Shown: positions 16,118-26,862, counted from the first letter of the stretch. The stretch: 64,000 bases of DNA from Candidatus Woesebacteria bacterium (GCA_963784785.1 CAWASW010000005.1:9247-73246); one strand, 5' to 3'. Notes: a model not told the origin generated them from the sequence alone. A program made the numbers and translations.

Positions 16118-16711
16118 TCAAATAAATATCAGGACAACCAGAAACTTCAGGATTATGGTACACTTCGCGCAGCTTCCACTTGGTGAACATACATATTGCA
16201 AACGATCTTGAGTCGGGGCTGCTACAACATTTTCTTGACAAAAAGGATTTAATTTTTCGTTTGATGAAGAAACACCATAATTAAACTGACATTCAGGACC
16301 GCATCCGTTTCGACATCCAATTTTGTCAATTATTTTATCAGAAGAATATTCGAGGTTTGCATATAATTGGTATGACTTTGGGCAGTCACTTATCTCTGGA
16401 ACGTATGTGTATGACAAATTGTTTTTTGGATCGCAAGGAATTTTATCTAGTAAATTCAAGTTTCCGTTCAAAAAAGGATTTTTACACGAAGGTATCGTCT
16501 GTGGATAGCATTCATCATCTTGTTGATATTCCTCAATCGTCTTTTTAATTCTGTCAATTTGCCCTTTTCTAATGGCATCTCTGGCCTTTTGTAATTGAAC
16601 TGGACCAAAGACTACAGAGAAAATTGATAACAGGCCTAAAACCACTAATACCACAAGTATTTCTATTAGTGTAACTCCTCTATTTTTAGTTTTATTTCTT
16701 TTTTTTACCAC
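16118..16711 (-). CDS. prepilin-type N-terminal cleavage/methylation domain protein (type IV pilin / pseudopilin-like), Cys-rich C-terminus
   Basis: N-terminus KNRGVTLIEILVVLVVLG matches the class III signal peptide G|FTLIE. Confidence 0.7.
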   Translation of the reverse strand: MVKKRNKTKNRGVTLIEILVVLVVLGLLSIFSVVFGPVQLQKARDAIRKGQIDRIKKTIEEYQQDDECYPQTIPSCKNPFLNGNLNLLDKIPCDPKNNLSYTYVPEISDCPKSYQLYANLEYSSDKIIDKIGCRNGCGPECQFNYGVSSSNEKLNPFCQENVVAAPTQDRLQYVCSPSGSCAKCTIILKFLVVLIFI

Positions 16712-17070
16712 AATTTTGGCCCGAATAAAAATAACTCCGAGATAAGTGCAATTGATGCTCCGAAAAGAACAACTGCAGCAGATATGTCTTTAATTTGTCT
16801 GGCCTCTTCTGAAATTTCTTTAGAATGAAGATCTACAACTTTTTCTATGACAGTATTGATCAACTCCAGAGTAATTACTATTGAGATGATAATAAGTAAC
16901 GCTACAAATTCGAGATTGTTAAATTTTAAAATTTTCGCAATTACAATTGTTGCGAGCGCTGCAACAAAATGAAACCTTAAATTTGGTTCGCTTTTTAAAG
17001 CATCTTGTACTCCATTGATTGCATATTTAAAGCTTTTAAGCATCTCGTATTTAGTATAACATGTACTCAC
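16705..17070 (-). CDS. dgkA: diacylglycerol kinase (prokaryotic DgkA family)
   Basis: 121 aa, 3 TM, motif ELINTVIEKVVD. Confidence 0.7.
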   Translation of the reverse strand: MSTCYTKYEMLKSFKYAINGVQDALKSEPNLRFHFVAALATIVIAKILKFNNLEFVALLIIISIVITLELINTVIEKVVDLHSKEISEEARQIKDISAAVVLFGASIALISELFLFGPKLW

Positions 17071-17071
17071 T

Positions 17072-17527
17072 ATGATGATAACTTTTCTTGCAAGTGCCTT
17101 AATTTGGCTTATGTTTTTTGGATTAATTGTTTTGTGGGTGATTGATGGAAAAATTAAAAGGGAGACTGTAATTCATGCTGTTTTTTCATTCTTTGTTGCA
17201 TGGACTGTATCAGAGCTGATTAAATATATTTTTCCTACACTCCGTCCCTTTCAAGTTCAAGATCTGATACCTTTAACTGCTACAATTCCTGGAGATGGGG
17301 CATTCCCTTCAAGTCATACTGCCGTAGCCTTTGCCTTATCAGTAACTATACTTAAACATGATAAGAAAGTTGGTGTTTTGTACCTTATTATGGCTGGTTT
17401 AGTCGGTATTGCCAGAATTATGGCACATGTTCATTATCCTATAGATATTGTAGGTGGAGCTATTTTAGGAACTGTAATTTCGCGATTGACATCTGGCAAA
17501 CACTTTGTTAGACTGCTAAATCGATGA
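17072..17527 (+). CDS. PAP2 family phosphatase (undecaprenyl-diphosphatase-like)
   Basis: PSSHTA and HYPIDIVGG motifs. Confidence 0.7.
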   Translation: MMITFLASALIWLMFFGLIVLWVIDGKIKRETVIHAVFSFFVAWTVSELIKYIFPTLRPFQVQDLIPLTATIPGDGAFPSSHTAVAFALSVTILKHDKKVGVLYLIMAGLVGIARIMAHVHYPIDIVGGAILGTVISRLTSGKHFVRLLNR

Positions 17528-19887
17528 GAAGCGTACCAATAATACCAATACGGGGTTCAGTTGTTTTTCCAAATACGGATACACTACTTTCATTCACTAG
17601 ACCAAACTCTGTTTCCGCTGCTGATTCTGCTTTTCAAAAAGATAGACTTGTTGCAATATTTACTCAAAAAGATGCAAGGATTAATGACCCAGAAAAGTCT
17701 GATCTGTTCGAGATCGGTACTTTAGTAACAATTACCCAAATGATGTCGGTCGATGATGGGGTACATGCTCTTGTTCGTGGGCAGGTAAGGGTAAGACTTT
17801 CTGATATCGTATCTCAAAGTCCATATCTAGTAGGATCTGTCGAAGAAATTCCTGATGTGATAGACGATTCAACAGAAGTGTTAGCTCTTGCAAAGAACCT
17901 GTCAGAAACATTTAAAAAGGCATTAACACTAGGAAAAACTGTTGAGGTTTTATCTGTTGTTAAATTAATCATCGACAATTCAAATCCTTCAGAAATTACC
18001 GATCAAATTGCAACAGTTTTAGATATCAAACCGTATGAAAAACAGATGCTTCTAGAGACCTTTCCATTAATAGACAGAATGAAAAGAGTTCAAGAACTTC
18101 TCGCTAAAGAGATTACTGTTTTAGAAATTGAGAAAACCATATCTTCAAATACTCAAGCCCAGTTTGATGACATTATGAAGAAAAATATATTAAGAGAAAG
18201 GAAAAAGGCGATTGATAAAGAGCTTGGTGCAATTGAAAATAAAGAAGATGGAGACGGTGAAGTTGGGTCAGAAGAAGTCAAAGAATATAAGAAAAAAATT
18301 GCTGACGCTAAAATGCCAAAAGAGGTGGAAGAAAAGGCTTTAAAAGAATTAGCTAAACTTTCAAAAATGTCTTCATTTAATCCTGAATCAGGTTTCCTTA
18401 GGAATTACCTTGATTGGCTTTGTGATGTTCCGTGGAGTGTGGTAACCCCCAATAACGTGTCAATTGTAAAGGCTGGAAAAACGATGAATAAAAGGCATTA
18501 TGGTTTGAAAAAAACCAAAGAAAGAATTTTGGAATATCTTTCTGTAATGAAACTCTTAGAAGAAAGAAAACAAAAAGGTAAAGACGATAAATATCAACCA
18601 ACTATTCTGTGTTTTATAGGTCCACCTGGTGTTGGTAAGACTTCAATCGGTAAAGCAATAGCTGAGGCAATGGGCAGAAAATTTGCACGTATCTCTCTTG
18701 GTGGAATTCGTGATGAAGCAGAAATAAGAGGACACAGAAGAACCTACGTTGGGGCTCTTCCGGGAAGAATTATCCAAGGAATTAAAACTGCAGGAACTAG
18801 AAATCCTGTTTTTATGCTTGATGAAATTGATAAAGTTGGAGCAGATTTTAGAGGAGATCCATCTTCAGCACTTTTGGAGGCATTAGATCCAGAACAAAAT
18901 AAAGAATTCTCCGATCATTATCTTGAAGTTCCGTTTGATTTGTCCGAAGTCTTTTTTATAGCAACTGGAAATGTGATGGAAACAATTCCATCAGCTCTTC
19001 GAGATAGAATGGAAATAATTCAATTTGCTGGTTACACAGAAGAAGAGAAGTTTGAAATAGGAAAGACTTTTATCTGGCCAAAACAAATTAAAAATCATGG
19101 ATTAGATGACCGTGGTATAACAATTACAGACAAAGCATTGAAGTTAGTCATCTCAAAGTACACCAGAGAGTCTGGAGTTCGTAACTTGGAAAGAAACTTA
19201 TCAACTGCTATCCGAAAGGTGGCAAAGTTGGTCGCTGAAGGAAAGAAATATCCAAAAACAATTAAAGAAGTAAACATTAGGGAATACCTTGGGACATTTA
19301 AGTACTCATCATTAATTGCTGAAAAGAAAAACGAAGTAGGTATGTCGACAGGCTTAGCAGTTACTTCAGTCGGTGGAGAAATATTATTTATTGAAGTTTC
19401 CTTAATGCCAGGACGTGGAAGGTTAACTCTTACAGGTCAATTGGGAGATGTTATGAAAGAATCTGCTCAAGCAGCTCTTACATGGACAAGATCAAATTAC
19501 AAACTTTTAGGTTTAAAACCTGATTTTTCATCTAAACTCGATATCCATATTCATGTTCCAGATGGTGCAGTTCCAAAGGATGGTCCTTCAGCAGGAACAT
19601 CAATTACTACGGCTCTAGTGTCTGCTTTAACAAAGATTCCAACAAGAAGAGATACTGGTATGACAGGTGAGATAACACTTCGTGGAAAAGTTACAGAAAT
19701 AGGTGGATTAAAAGAAAAATCAATTGCAGGGCACAGAGCAGGACTTAAAACTATAATTTGTCCAAAAGAAAATGAAAAGGATATGGAAGATATGCCAGAA
19801 AAAGTTAAAAAAGATATCAAGTTTGTCTTTGCAGAAAAACTTGAAGATGTTTTGTCAGTCGCCCTCACCAAATGGCCAATTGTTTAA
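17524..19887 (+). CDS. lon: ATP-dependent Lon protease
   Basis: N-domain, AAA+ Walker A GPPGVGKTS, protease Ser-Lys dyad PKDGPSAGTS ... K. Confidence 0.95.
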   Translation: MRSVPIIPIRGSVVFPNTDTLLSFTRPNSVSAADSAFQKDRLVAIFTQKDARINDPEKSDLFEIGTLVTITQMMSVDDGVHALVRGQVRVRLSDIVSQSPYLVGSVEEIPDVIDDSTEVLALAKNLSETFKKALTLGKTVEVLSVVKLIIDNSNPSEITDQIATVLDIKPYEKQMLLETFPLIDRMKRVQELLAKEITVLEIEKTISSNTQAQFDDIMKKNILRERKKAIDKELGAIENKEDGDGEVGSEEVKEYKKKIADAKMPKEVEEKALKELAKLSKMSSFNPESGFLRNYLDWLCDVPWSVVTPNNVSIVKAGKTMNKRHYGLKKTKERILEYLSVMKLLEERKQKGKDDKYQPTILCFIGPPGVGKTSIGKAIAEAMGRKFARISLGGIRDEAEIRGHRRTYVGALPGRIIQGIKTAGTRNPVFMLDEIDKVGADFRGDPSSALLEALDPEQNKEFSDHYLEVPFDLSEVFFIATGNVMETIPSALRDRMEIIQFAGYTEEEKFEIGKTFIWPKQIKNHGLDDRGITITDKALKLVISKYTRESGVRNLERNLSTAIRKVAKLVAEGKKYPKTIKEVNIREYLGTFKYSSLIAEKKNEVGMSTGLAVTSVGGEILFIEVSLMPGRGRLTLTGQLGDVMKESAQAALTWTRSNYKLLGLKPDFSSKLDIHIHVPDGAVPKDGPSAGTSITTALVSALTKIPTRRDTGMTGEITLRGKVTEIGGLKEKSIAGHRAGLKTIICPKENEKDMEDMPEKVKKDIKFVFAEKLEDVLSVALTKWPIV

Positions 19888-19945
19888 TTTTTTGTCCTTT
19901 GTGACGCTTTAGTCGTAGTCTCAAGCGGAGCTAAGCGAAGCGAAG

Positions 19946-21133
19946 GAGACCGTTCTATTTCGGTCACCTAAAATGAATTGTTTATCTCCTATTTTCAATC
20001 AAAAAAGGTAGTTTCACTCAGTGAACTTGTAGTTAAAATGAGGTATGATTCACGCATGAAAAAAGAGAAAGAGTTTATAGTTGTCCAAAATGTGGGAGTA
20101 TTCACACAATCAGAAAAGGAGTTAGGAGAGGAAAAATTAAGTATTTTTGCAAAATATGTGGAGCTTGGTTTCAGTTAAACAGAAGGCCAAAATTAAACAG
20201 TTCTTCTTTGGTTACAGACCATTTTTTAGGTTTATCATTTAGATCCCTAGGTTCAAAATCAGATGTTTTAGGAAGCACAGCTTACAGAAGATATCAATCT
20301 CAGATTGAAAACAAGTTGCAATGTATTGATATCACAAGACTTTATTGTTCTAAATTTTGTGGAATACTTTTAGTTGATGGAAAATATATCAAAGTTAAAG
20401 GATACGAAAGAAAAATACCAGTTATCTATGGAATTGATTATCTCACACACGACATTGTACATTTTGTGCTTGGTCCATCTGAAAATTACAGATTATTACT
20501 TAAGTTTTTCTCTTCACTAAAGTTATCAAATTATCCACTTCAAGCAATTGTTTCAGATGACAATCAGAACACGCCACAGGCGTGTTTAAAGGTTTATCCT
20601 ACTGCAATCTGGCAACTTTGCCAGAATCACTACAAACAAAATATTAGAGGTACTTTAGGACTTTACAAAGACCTATCACACCTTAAATTTATGAATGAAA
20701 TTGAAGTTCTTTTTTCAAGAAAAATGGAAACAGGAGAATTCAAAAAACTAGCTTCAAAAATATATGACAGATACAAGGGAAACAAACTAGAAACACAAAT
20801 TATGCTTGATATTGCAAAAAGATCTCCTGATCTTTTTGCATATACAAAGGTTCATCATGTTCCTAGAACAAACAACTTAATTGAAAGCTTCAACTCACAT
20901 CTTGAAGGGAGATTAAAAACAATTAAAGGATTTGAAAACTTCAAAACGGCAAAACTCTGGTTAAACCAATATTTTATTAAAAGAAGAACAAAAAAGTTTA
21001 CAGACTGCACAAAACATTTCAAGAATTTAAATGGAAAATGCTCGTTAGAAGTTACCTTAAAAGACCCCTATATTTTAAAAGATGTTTTGAAGCTAATTAA
21101 TTAAAATCAGGTGACCGTTTATGCAACGGTATC
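19946..21133 (+). mobile_element. IS1595-family-like insertion sequence (1188 bp) with TIRs related to the 195-bp MITE
   Basis: IRL GAGACCGTTCTATTTCGGTCACC, IRR GGTGACCGTTTATGCAACGGTATC; encodes a Zn-ribbon plus DDE transposase. Confidence 0.65.
20056..21104 (+). pseudogene. IS1595-family transposase, frameshifted near the 5' end
   Basis: ATG at 20056 followed by an A6 run; Zn-ribbon CPKCGSIHT...CKICGAWF lies in a different frame, continuous with the 298-aa DDE domain ORF (DGKY, SDDN, TNNLIESFNSHLEGRLK motifs). Confidence 0.6.
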
Positions 21134-21143
21134 CAGCGAAGTG

Positions 21144-21338
21144 GAGACCGTTACATTTCGGTCTCCTAAAACACACTGATTTTACTATACTTTCGGCCTA
21201 AAAAGGTAGTTTCACTAAGTAAACGCTTCTACAACCAATTTCAGCATTGTCCGAGTAATCGGACGAAAGTGTTATTATTTTAACGAAAAACAACAAATCA
21301 TTTAAGGCTAAACAAGTGACCGTTTATGCAACGGTATC
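21144..21338 (-). mobile_element. 195-bp MITE, copy 3
   Basis: Complete copy with 9-bp TSD AGCGAAGTG (21135-21143 and 21339-21347); abuts the IS1595-like right end and the tRNA-Glu 3' end. Confidence 0.75.
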
Positions 21339-21346
21339 AGCGAAGT

Positions 21347-21417
21347 GACGCTTATGAGAGTCGGACTCATATTTCTTGGATGAGAACCAAGTGTCCTAGC
21401 CGTTAGACGAAAGCGCC
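21347..21417 (-). tRNA. tRNA-Glu (anticodon CUC)
   Basis: Manual cloverleaf: acceptor GGCGCTT/AAGCGTC (one G-U), D-arm GTCT-AACGGCTA-GGAC, anticodon arm CTTGG-TTCTCAT-CCAAG, T-arm ATGAG-TCCGACT-CTCAT (C55); MITE TSD overlaps the discriminator. Confidence 0.5.
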
Positions 21418-21471
21418 GTAATTCATAGTATACCAAAAATTATCGATTTCAGTTTGATATACTCTGATTCA

Positions 21472-21499
21472 TTGACAGAGTTGACAAGTAGGGTATAAT
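21472..21499 (+). promoter_or_regulatory. near-consensus sigma70-type promoter upstream of greA
   Basis: TTGACA, 16-bp spacer, TATAAT. Confidence 0.5.
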
Positions 21500-21520
21500 T
21501 ACAACATATGAATTTTAATT

Positions 21521-21615
21521 CCAACAAATTTACTAAGTACTGCCTAATTAAGGCCGACTAATTTGTTGGAGGGAAAAGACATATCTCTCCACAGAATGGG
21601 GGGATTTTTTATTTT
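21521..21615 (+). promoter_or_regulatory. greA leader with a 10-bp-stem hairpin followed by a GC stem and T-run (terminator-like attenuator)
   Basis: CCAACAAATT...AATTTGTTGG, then CTCC..GGGGGG, then TTTTTTATTTT. Confidence 0.35.
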
Positions 21616-21626
21616 AATAAACATAC

Positions 21627-22088
21627 ATGACTAAAAAAATACAACTAACAGCAAAAGGACTTGAGGCTCTTAAAAACGAGCTTAAAGAGTTAATTGAAGT
21701 CAAACGACCATTTTTGGTTGATAGACTTTCTAATGCCCGTTCTCAGGGTGATTTATCTGAAAATTCTGATTACCAAAATGCCAAAGAAGAATTAGGCTTC
21801 TTGGAAGGAAGAATTGATGAACTCACTGATGTCATTAATAATGCAAAAGTAGTCAAAGACTCTGGAAACTCAAACTTGGTAGGAATGGGTACAAAAGTTA
21901 CTGTTAGGGTTAATGGAGTCAAAACAACCTTTGAAATAGTAGGTGAATGGGAAGCTGATATGTTAAAGAAAAAAATTAGCCACACTTCACCTCTTGGATC
22001 TTCGCTTGTTGGTAAAAAAGTTGGAGAAAAAATTGAAGTAGAAGCACCTGTTGGTAAGATACTATACGAGGTTGTAGCAATTGATTAA
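21627..22088 (+). CDS. greA: transcription elongation factor GreA
   Basis: N-terminal coiled-coil with SENSDYQNAKEE acidic tip; C-terminal FKBP-like domain. Confidence 0.9.
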   Translation: MTKKIQLTAKGLEALKNELKELIEVKRPFLVDRLSNARSQGDLSENSDYQNAKEELGFLEGRIDELTDVINNAKVVKDSGNSNLVGMGTKVTVRVNGVKTTFEIVGEWEADMLKKKISHTSPLGSSLVGKKVGEKIEVEAPVGKILYEVVAID

Positions 22089-23727
22089 AAAACAAATCAA
22101 TTTTAAATTACAACCTCCTAAATTAGGAGGTTTTTTAATATATAATGTAATTATGCACTGGGCAGATAAAATAGCGACCGAAATTATAAAATCTGGAAAA
22201 TATACGCCTTACTGGGCCGATGATATGAAGACTCCATCTGGATATGCTCATATCGGTTCAATGCTGGGGCCTGTTGTGCACAGTGCAATTTATAGAGCCT
22301 TAAAAGATCAAGGAAAAGAAACGGTATTAACTTATGTATTTAACGATTTTGATCCTGCAGATGAATTTCCTTCAATTTTAAAAGAAGCTCTTGAGGGTCA
22401 TCAAGGAAAAGCTTTAAAAATGTGTCCTTCACCTTCTCCAGAATTTGATAACTTGGCCGATTTCTTGGCAGATGATTTAAAGAAATCAATTGAATATTTA
22501 GGATTTGAAGCAAAATATATTTCAAGTTGGGATTTATATAAAGCCGGAAAATTTGATGGTGTAATTAAAATGGCACTCGATAATTCTGAAAAAATTCAAG
22601 ATATTTACCAAAAAATTTCTGGAAGTCAGAAAAAGAAAGGTGGTTGGTTACCTTTTCAAACGGTATGTGAAAAATGTGGAAAATTGGGTACAACCAGAGT
22701 ATATGAATGGGATGGAGAAAAAGTTACCTATAAATGTGAACCAAAACTTGTTACATGGGCAGAGGGGTGTGGGTATGAAGGAAAAGTAACTCCATTTGGT
22801 GGAACAGGAAAATTGCCATGGAAAATTGATTGGGCAGCTCACTGGGCTGTAATTGGAGTAACTATTGAAGGAGCTGGCAAAGATCATGCAAGTAAGGGTG
22901 GAAGTTATGACATTGCAATGACAATTTGCAAAGAAATCTTTAAATATCCAATGCCATATAAATTACCAATCGAATTTTTACTTATTGGAGGTAAAAAAAT
23001 GTCTTCTTCAAAGGGAGTTGGCTTAAAAGCTCATGATTTGGTAAAGATATTACCAGCAGAAGTAGCAAGATTCCTGTTTATAAACAAAGACATAAATAAA
23101 CAAAGCAACTTTGATCCATATGCAACAATGGCAATTCCTGATTTATTTGATGAATATGATAAATGTTGGGAAAGCTATACAAAAAATACAGACGAAGATT
23201 TGGCACGAACTTTTGTGTTGTCTCAAATAAATACAATACCAGAAAAAGAAAAGGGATTTTTTGCACCGAGATTTAGAGATATCGCAAATTATTTATCACA
23301 AGGATTAACGGATAATGAAGTCTTGGCAAAAATTACAGACATTAAAAAAGGCAAGGTTGATGATTCGGAACTTTCGGTTTTCGAAAAACGATTAAAATAT
23401 GCAAAAATTTGGCTTAAAGACTTTGCTCCAGATGAATATAGATTTGAATTAACTTCTGAAATTCACGAAAAGGCAAAAAACTTAAGTGAGTTACAGAAAA
23501 AATATTTATCAGAAATTATTAAAATTTATAACAATGATGAAACTGCCGAGTCGTTGCAGATTTCTCTTTATGAACTTACTAAAAGTATGGGCATTCCAAC
23601 AAAAGATGGATTTGCTGCTATTTATTTATCGCTAATCGGCAAAACTCACGGACCACGTGCAGGCGCACTACTTATAAATATTGGTAAAGAAAAAGTTATT
23701 GAAAGATTTAGGTCTTTACTTAAATAA
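22081..23727 (+). CDS. class I lysyl-tRNA synthetase (archaeal-type LysRS); true start probably at MHWADK, about nt 22155
   Basis: HWADKIA, TPSGYAHIG (HIGH-like), Zn-binding C-x2-C ... C, and KMSSSKG (KMSKS) motifs in the class I LysRS arrangement. Confidence 0.8.
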   Translation: MIKKQINFKLQPPKLGGFLIYNVIMHWADKIATEIIKSGKYTPYWADDMKTPSGYAHIGSMLGPVVHSAIYRALKDQGKETVLTYVFNDFDPADEFPSILKEALEGHQGKALKMCPSPSPEFDNLADFLADDLKKSIEYLGFEAKYISSWDLYKAGKFDGVIKMALDNSEKIQDIYQKISGSQKKKGGWLPFQTVCEKCGKLGTTRVYEWDGEKVTYKCEPKLVTWAEGCGYEGKVTPFGGTGKLPWKIDWAAHWAVIGVTIEGAGKDHASKGGSYDIAMTICKEIFKYPMPYKLPIEFLLIGGKKMSSSKGVGLKAHDLVKILPAEVARFLFINKDINKQSNFDPYATMAIPDLFDEYDKCWESYTKNTDEDLARTFVLSQINTIPEKEKGFFAPRFRDIANYLSQGLTDNEVLAKITDIKKGKVDDSELSVFEKRLKYAKIWLKDFAPDEYRFELTSEIHEKAKNLSELQKKYLSEIIKIYNNDETAESLQISLYELTKSMGIPTKDGFAAIYLSLIGKTHGPRAGALLINIGKEKVIERFRSLLK

Positions 23728-24139
23728 AAAAGGTTGTAAATTACAAACATATAAACATATGGCAAAAGCAGTTAAGAAAGTAACAAAAGCAGTAAAAGAA
23801 GTTAAAGTTGTTAAGCAAACCAAAACTTTAAAAGAAATTTTGTCAAAGTTTGATATAAAATTATCTCCAGAACAAATGAAAGAAAAGATTTTAATGTTAA
23901 GAACTGACATGTCACAAGCAATTAATCTTTCAACTTCGACATCTATTCTTGCACTTTTGTTATTTATTGGTGCACCATCAGTATTTCCTGAAATAATTAA
24001 TCCTTATTTGCCATCTTCATTAAAAATAATGCAGGCAATTGTAATAGTTCCATCATTTTTTTGGATATTAACAATTTTAGGAAATATGGCAAAATTTGTG
24101 ATGATAGTAAGACTTCAGAAAAAACTTTCATCTAAGTAA
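23681..24139 (+). CDS. membrane protein, hypothetical (start uncertain)
   Basis: Lys-rich N-terminus followed by TM helices. Confidence 0.35.
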   Translation: MVKKKLLKDLGLYLNKKGCKLQTYKHMAKAVKKVTKAVKEVKVVKQTKTLKEILSKFDIKLSPEQMKEKILMLRTDMSQAINLSTSTSILALLLFIGAPSVFPEIINPYLPSSLKIMQAIVIVPSFFWILTILGNMAKFVMIVRLQKKLSSK

Positions 24140-24696
24140 TGATATCTCGCGAAGAAGCACTCAAATTAGTTACCACTTGGACAGAAAACAGAAATTTAAT
24201 TAAACACATGCTGGCTGTTGAAGCTGCAATGGGAGGACTCGCCAAACATTTTGATGGAAACGAAAATATGTGGAAAATTGCAGGGCTGTTGCATGATGCA
24301 GACTATGACAAATATCCAAAAGAGCATCCAAATAAAATAATTGAAGAACTAGAAAAAAGAAACGAACCAACAGAAATTATAGATGCAATTAAAGCACACA
24401 CATGGGAATATCGAGAAGGTTTCCCTGAACCAAAAAATAATCTTGAATGGAGTCTTTACTGCTGTGATGAATTAACGGGATTAATTGTTGCTGTTGCGCT
24501 TGTGAGACCAGAAAGAAAACTATCAGTTGTAACTGTAGAAAATGTTTTGTCTAAATGGAAAAAGTTAGACTTTGCAAAAGGAGTGGATAGAAAAAATATA
24601 GAAATGTGTGAAGAAAAATTAGGAATTAAGTTACCTGAATTTATTGAAATAGTTTTGAAATCAATGAAGAATATTTCTGGTGATTTGGGATTATAA
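24139..24696 (+). CDS. HD domain phosphohydrolase
   Basis: H...HD motif (LLHDADYDKY) and downstream conserved D. Confidence 0.65.
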   Translation: MISREEALKLVTTWTENRNLIKHMLAVEAAMGGLAKHFDGNENMWKIAGLLHDADYDKYPKEHPNKIIEELEKRNEPTEIIDAIKAHTWEYREGFPEPKNNLEWSLYCCDELTGLIVAVALVRPERKLSVVTVENVLSKWKKLDFAKGVDRKNIEMCEEKLGIKLPEFIEIVLKSMKNISGDLGL

Positions 24697-24722
24697 AATG
24701 GAGCTGTAGTAGTATAGAGATA

Positions 24723-25697
24723 TCAATAAACGTCAGAATCTGTAATAGATAAAGCACCGAGTAATTCTTTTTTTGAAAGTAAACCTTTACTAAAATCTGA
24801 CATTAGTCTCCTTTCTTGCATAGCAATTGCTTCCGTTTTTTCTTTAGATGCCTCAAGTGTTTTTTTAAGATGCTCGATATTTAAACTTGGATCGTTTACT
24901 TCATATTTTAATATTGACTGAATACGCTTTATTCGAAACTGATTTTTTAAAGAACCTATGCCCAATGTTAAGTCGAGAGGGTGATGGACAAGAGCCAGCC
25001 GTAATCTCTTTGAACATCCTTCCCAAAAACTATCCCATTCTTCATACATAGTTTCAGCAAGGTTACTAAAAGTAAACCATTTAATGTTTGGTAAATTTAT
25101 TGGTTCTGCTGAAGATAAATGATATGTGGCCATGGCTGTAAGTTGTCTGCCATGATTATTGCTAAAAAAAAGGAATCTGTTTTCGGTTAATTGAGCTGAC
25201 ACATCTGTAGTAACCCAAAATAGATTAAAGCGACCGGGTTGGGTCTCTAACTCAGTTTCTTCTTTAGCTTCTCTTGTCAAACTTTTGAATATCCCATTAA
25301 TTGAGAATTTTTGACTTGGTATATCATCTTCTCCTATGTGTCCAATTACTGGCAAGTCTAATAGCTGCTGATCTTCCCATTGTCTAATTTGAAGACCTAT
25401 TTGCGGTTCAGCCCCCGCACCTATACTTGAAAGTGGATCAGTCGCAAGCAGCATACCTGCAGATAATTTATAAGCCTGTTGATTTTTTCCGTACGTATCC
25501 ATAAAGTCTGGTCTGTTGCAATATCTGACCTCCTTAATTAACTTTCTAGGTTCTACATAACTATATATTTCACCGGACTCTAATTTTGTTGGTTGAATAT
25601 CTTTATCTTTATTATTTATTATGGCGACAGCCACAGATTCATCAGGTTCTTTTTCGTGAAATTTATACAATTCGTTTCGCTGTCGATTTTCAGCCAT
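24723..25697 (-). CDS. hypothetical protein
   Basis: 324-aa ORF; a REAKEETELE stretch weakly resembles a Nudix box but the rest does not clearly fit. Confidence 0.35.
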   Translation of the reverse strand: MAENRQRNELYKFHEKEPDESVAVAIINNKDKDIQPTKLESGEIYSYVEPRKLIKEVRYCNRPDFMDTYGKNQQAYKLSAGMLLATDPLSSIGAGAEPQIGLQIRQWEDQQLLDLPVIGHIGEDDIPSQKFSINGIFKSLTREAKEETELETQPGRFNLFWVTTDVSAQLTENRFLFFSNNHGRQLTAMATYHLSSAEPINLPNIKWFTFSNLAETMYEEWDSFWEGCSKRLRLALVHHPLDLTLGIGSLKNQFRIKRIQSILKYEVNDPSLNIEHLKKTLEASKEKTEAIAMQERRLMSDFSKGLLSKKELLGALSITDSDVY

Positions 25698-25811
25698 ATC
25701 TATATTATAGACTATCTGTGCCTGCTTTGTGTTTTTAGAACTACCTCTGATTAATAATAATTACAAATTGTTTTAAAATTTGATGCATGATATATTAGAT
25801 GAATTAAATTT

Positions 25812-26690
25812 ATGAACAAATTTATTGACCTACAAGAAATTAAATCGGATGAACTGGTTAACAGTATTCTTGCTGAATTGATTGATTATCCGAAATATAA
25901 AAGTCTGGTGGCAATGTGGGCATCAGGTTTACCTGTTCCAAAGACTATTATTATAGGGAATGTCGACGAAAGTACAGAGAAACTGTGCAATAAAGTGTTA
26001 CGTAAATGGAAAACAAACGAAGTTGTAGTTAGAACCGATGTTGCTGGTGGTGCTGTTCAAGCACCAAGTGTACAAGGGTGCAAAATCGATGAGGCTTGGG
26101 TCAACATAAAAAATTTTTTCAAAATGGGTTATCTTCCAATGGTCATTTCGACCGGAGATATTTTCCATAATGCTTTTTCTACGAATGTTTTAGTTGACCC
26201 ATGTGATACTAAAAGTTTTTATATTGAGGCAGTCGGAGCTGGTTTTTGTGCTACTGACATTAACAAAAGAGATATTATTACTGAAAGCGGAATCATGATT
26301 AATGATAGCGGTACTATTAAGTTGATTAACTATCAGGTTGTAGATAGTATGTGTTATAAAAAATATGTAAATAAGGTGAAAGAGAATCAAATAAATAAAG
26401 AGGTCGTTAAACGGGGTAAACCATTTGATAGTAAAAATGAAGCTAAGTTGTGGGTTGATGATTTTTTGAGTAAAAATAATGCCTTGTTATTAAATAGTCC
26501 TAAATATAAGCCAGTAGCTCCAAACTACATTCATAAAATATCTAGTTTTGTTCCGTCAATGATAAAAGCTGGAAAAATTATGAATTTTGAAAACGAAAAA
26601 TTTATCGTATCCTTGGCTTTTGTGTTGGAAAATGGTAAGGAAAATCCATACTTTTTTGATATACATCCATTTAATGGTTACAAAAAATGA
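25812..26690 (+). CDS. hypothetical protein
   Basis: 292-aa ORF with no recognisable motifs. Confidence 0.35.
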   Translation: MNKFIDLQEIKSDELVNSILAELIDYPKYKSLVAMWASGLPVPKTIIIGNVDESTEKLCNKVLRKWKTNEVVVRTDVAGGAVQAPSVQGCKIDEAWVNIKNFFKMGYLPMVISTGDIFHNAFSTNVLVDPCDTKSFYIEAVGAGFCATDINKRDIITESGIMINDSGTIKLINYQVVDSMCYKKYVNKVKENQINKEVVKRGKPFDSKNEAKLWVDDFLSKNNALLLNSPKYKPVAPNYIHKISSFVPSMIKAGKIMNFENEKFIVSLAFVLENGKENPYFFDIHPFNGYKK

Positions 26691-26862
26691 CCTGATGAAT
26701 AAAAAAATATTGTTTGAAAATCTTGTTATAGTGAGAAAATTGAATTTGCTGTCGTCGATAGAAAAAGCAAAAGACGCGAGAGACAATGCTCCGGATGCAA
26801 CTGAAAGTCATTCTGATACTAGGAGAAATCAGGCAGAAAAACTTGTGGTTGCGTTAGAAATT

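Noticed and set aside
19900-19945. A second tRNA-Glu-like fragment upstream of the IS1595-like element (GTGACGCTT...)
   Set aside because: Only about 9 nt match the tRNA-Glu 3' end, which is too short to call a tRNA remnant.
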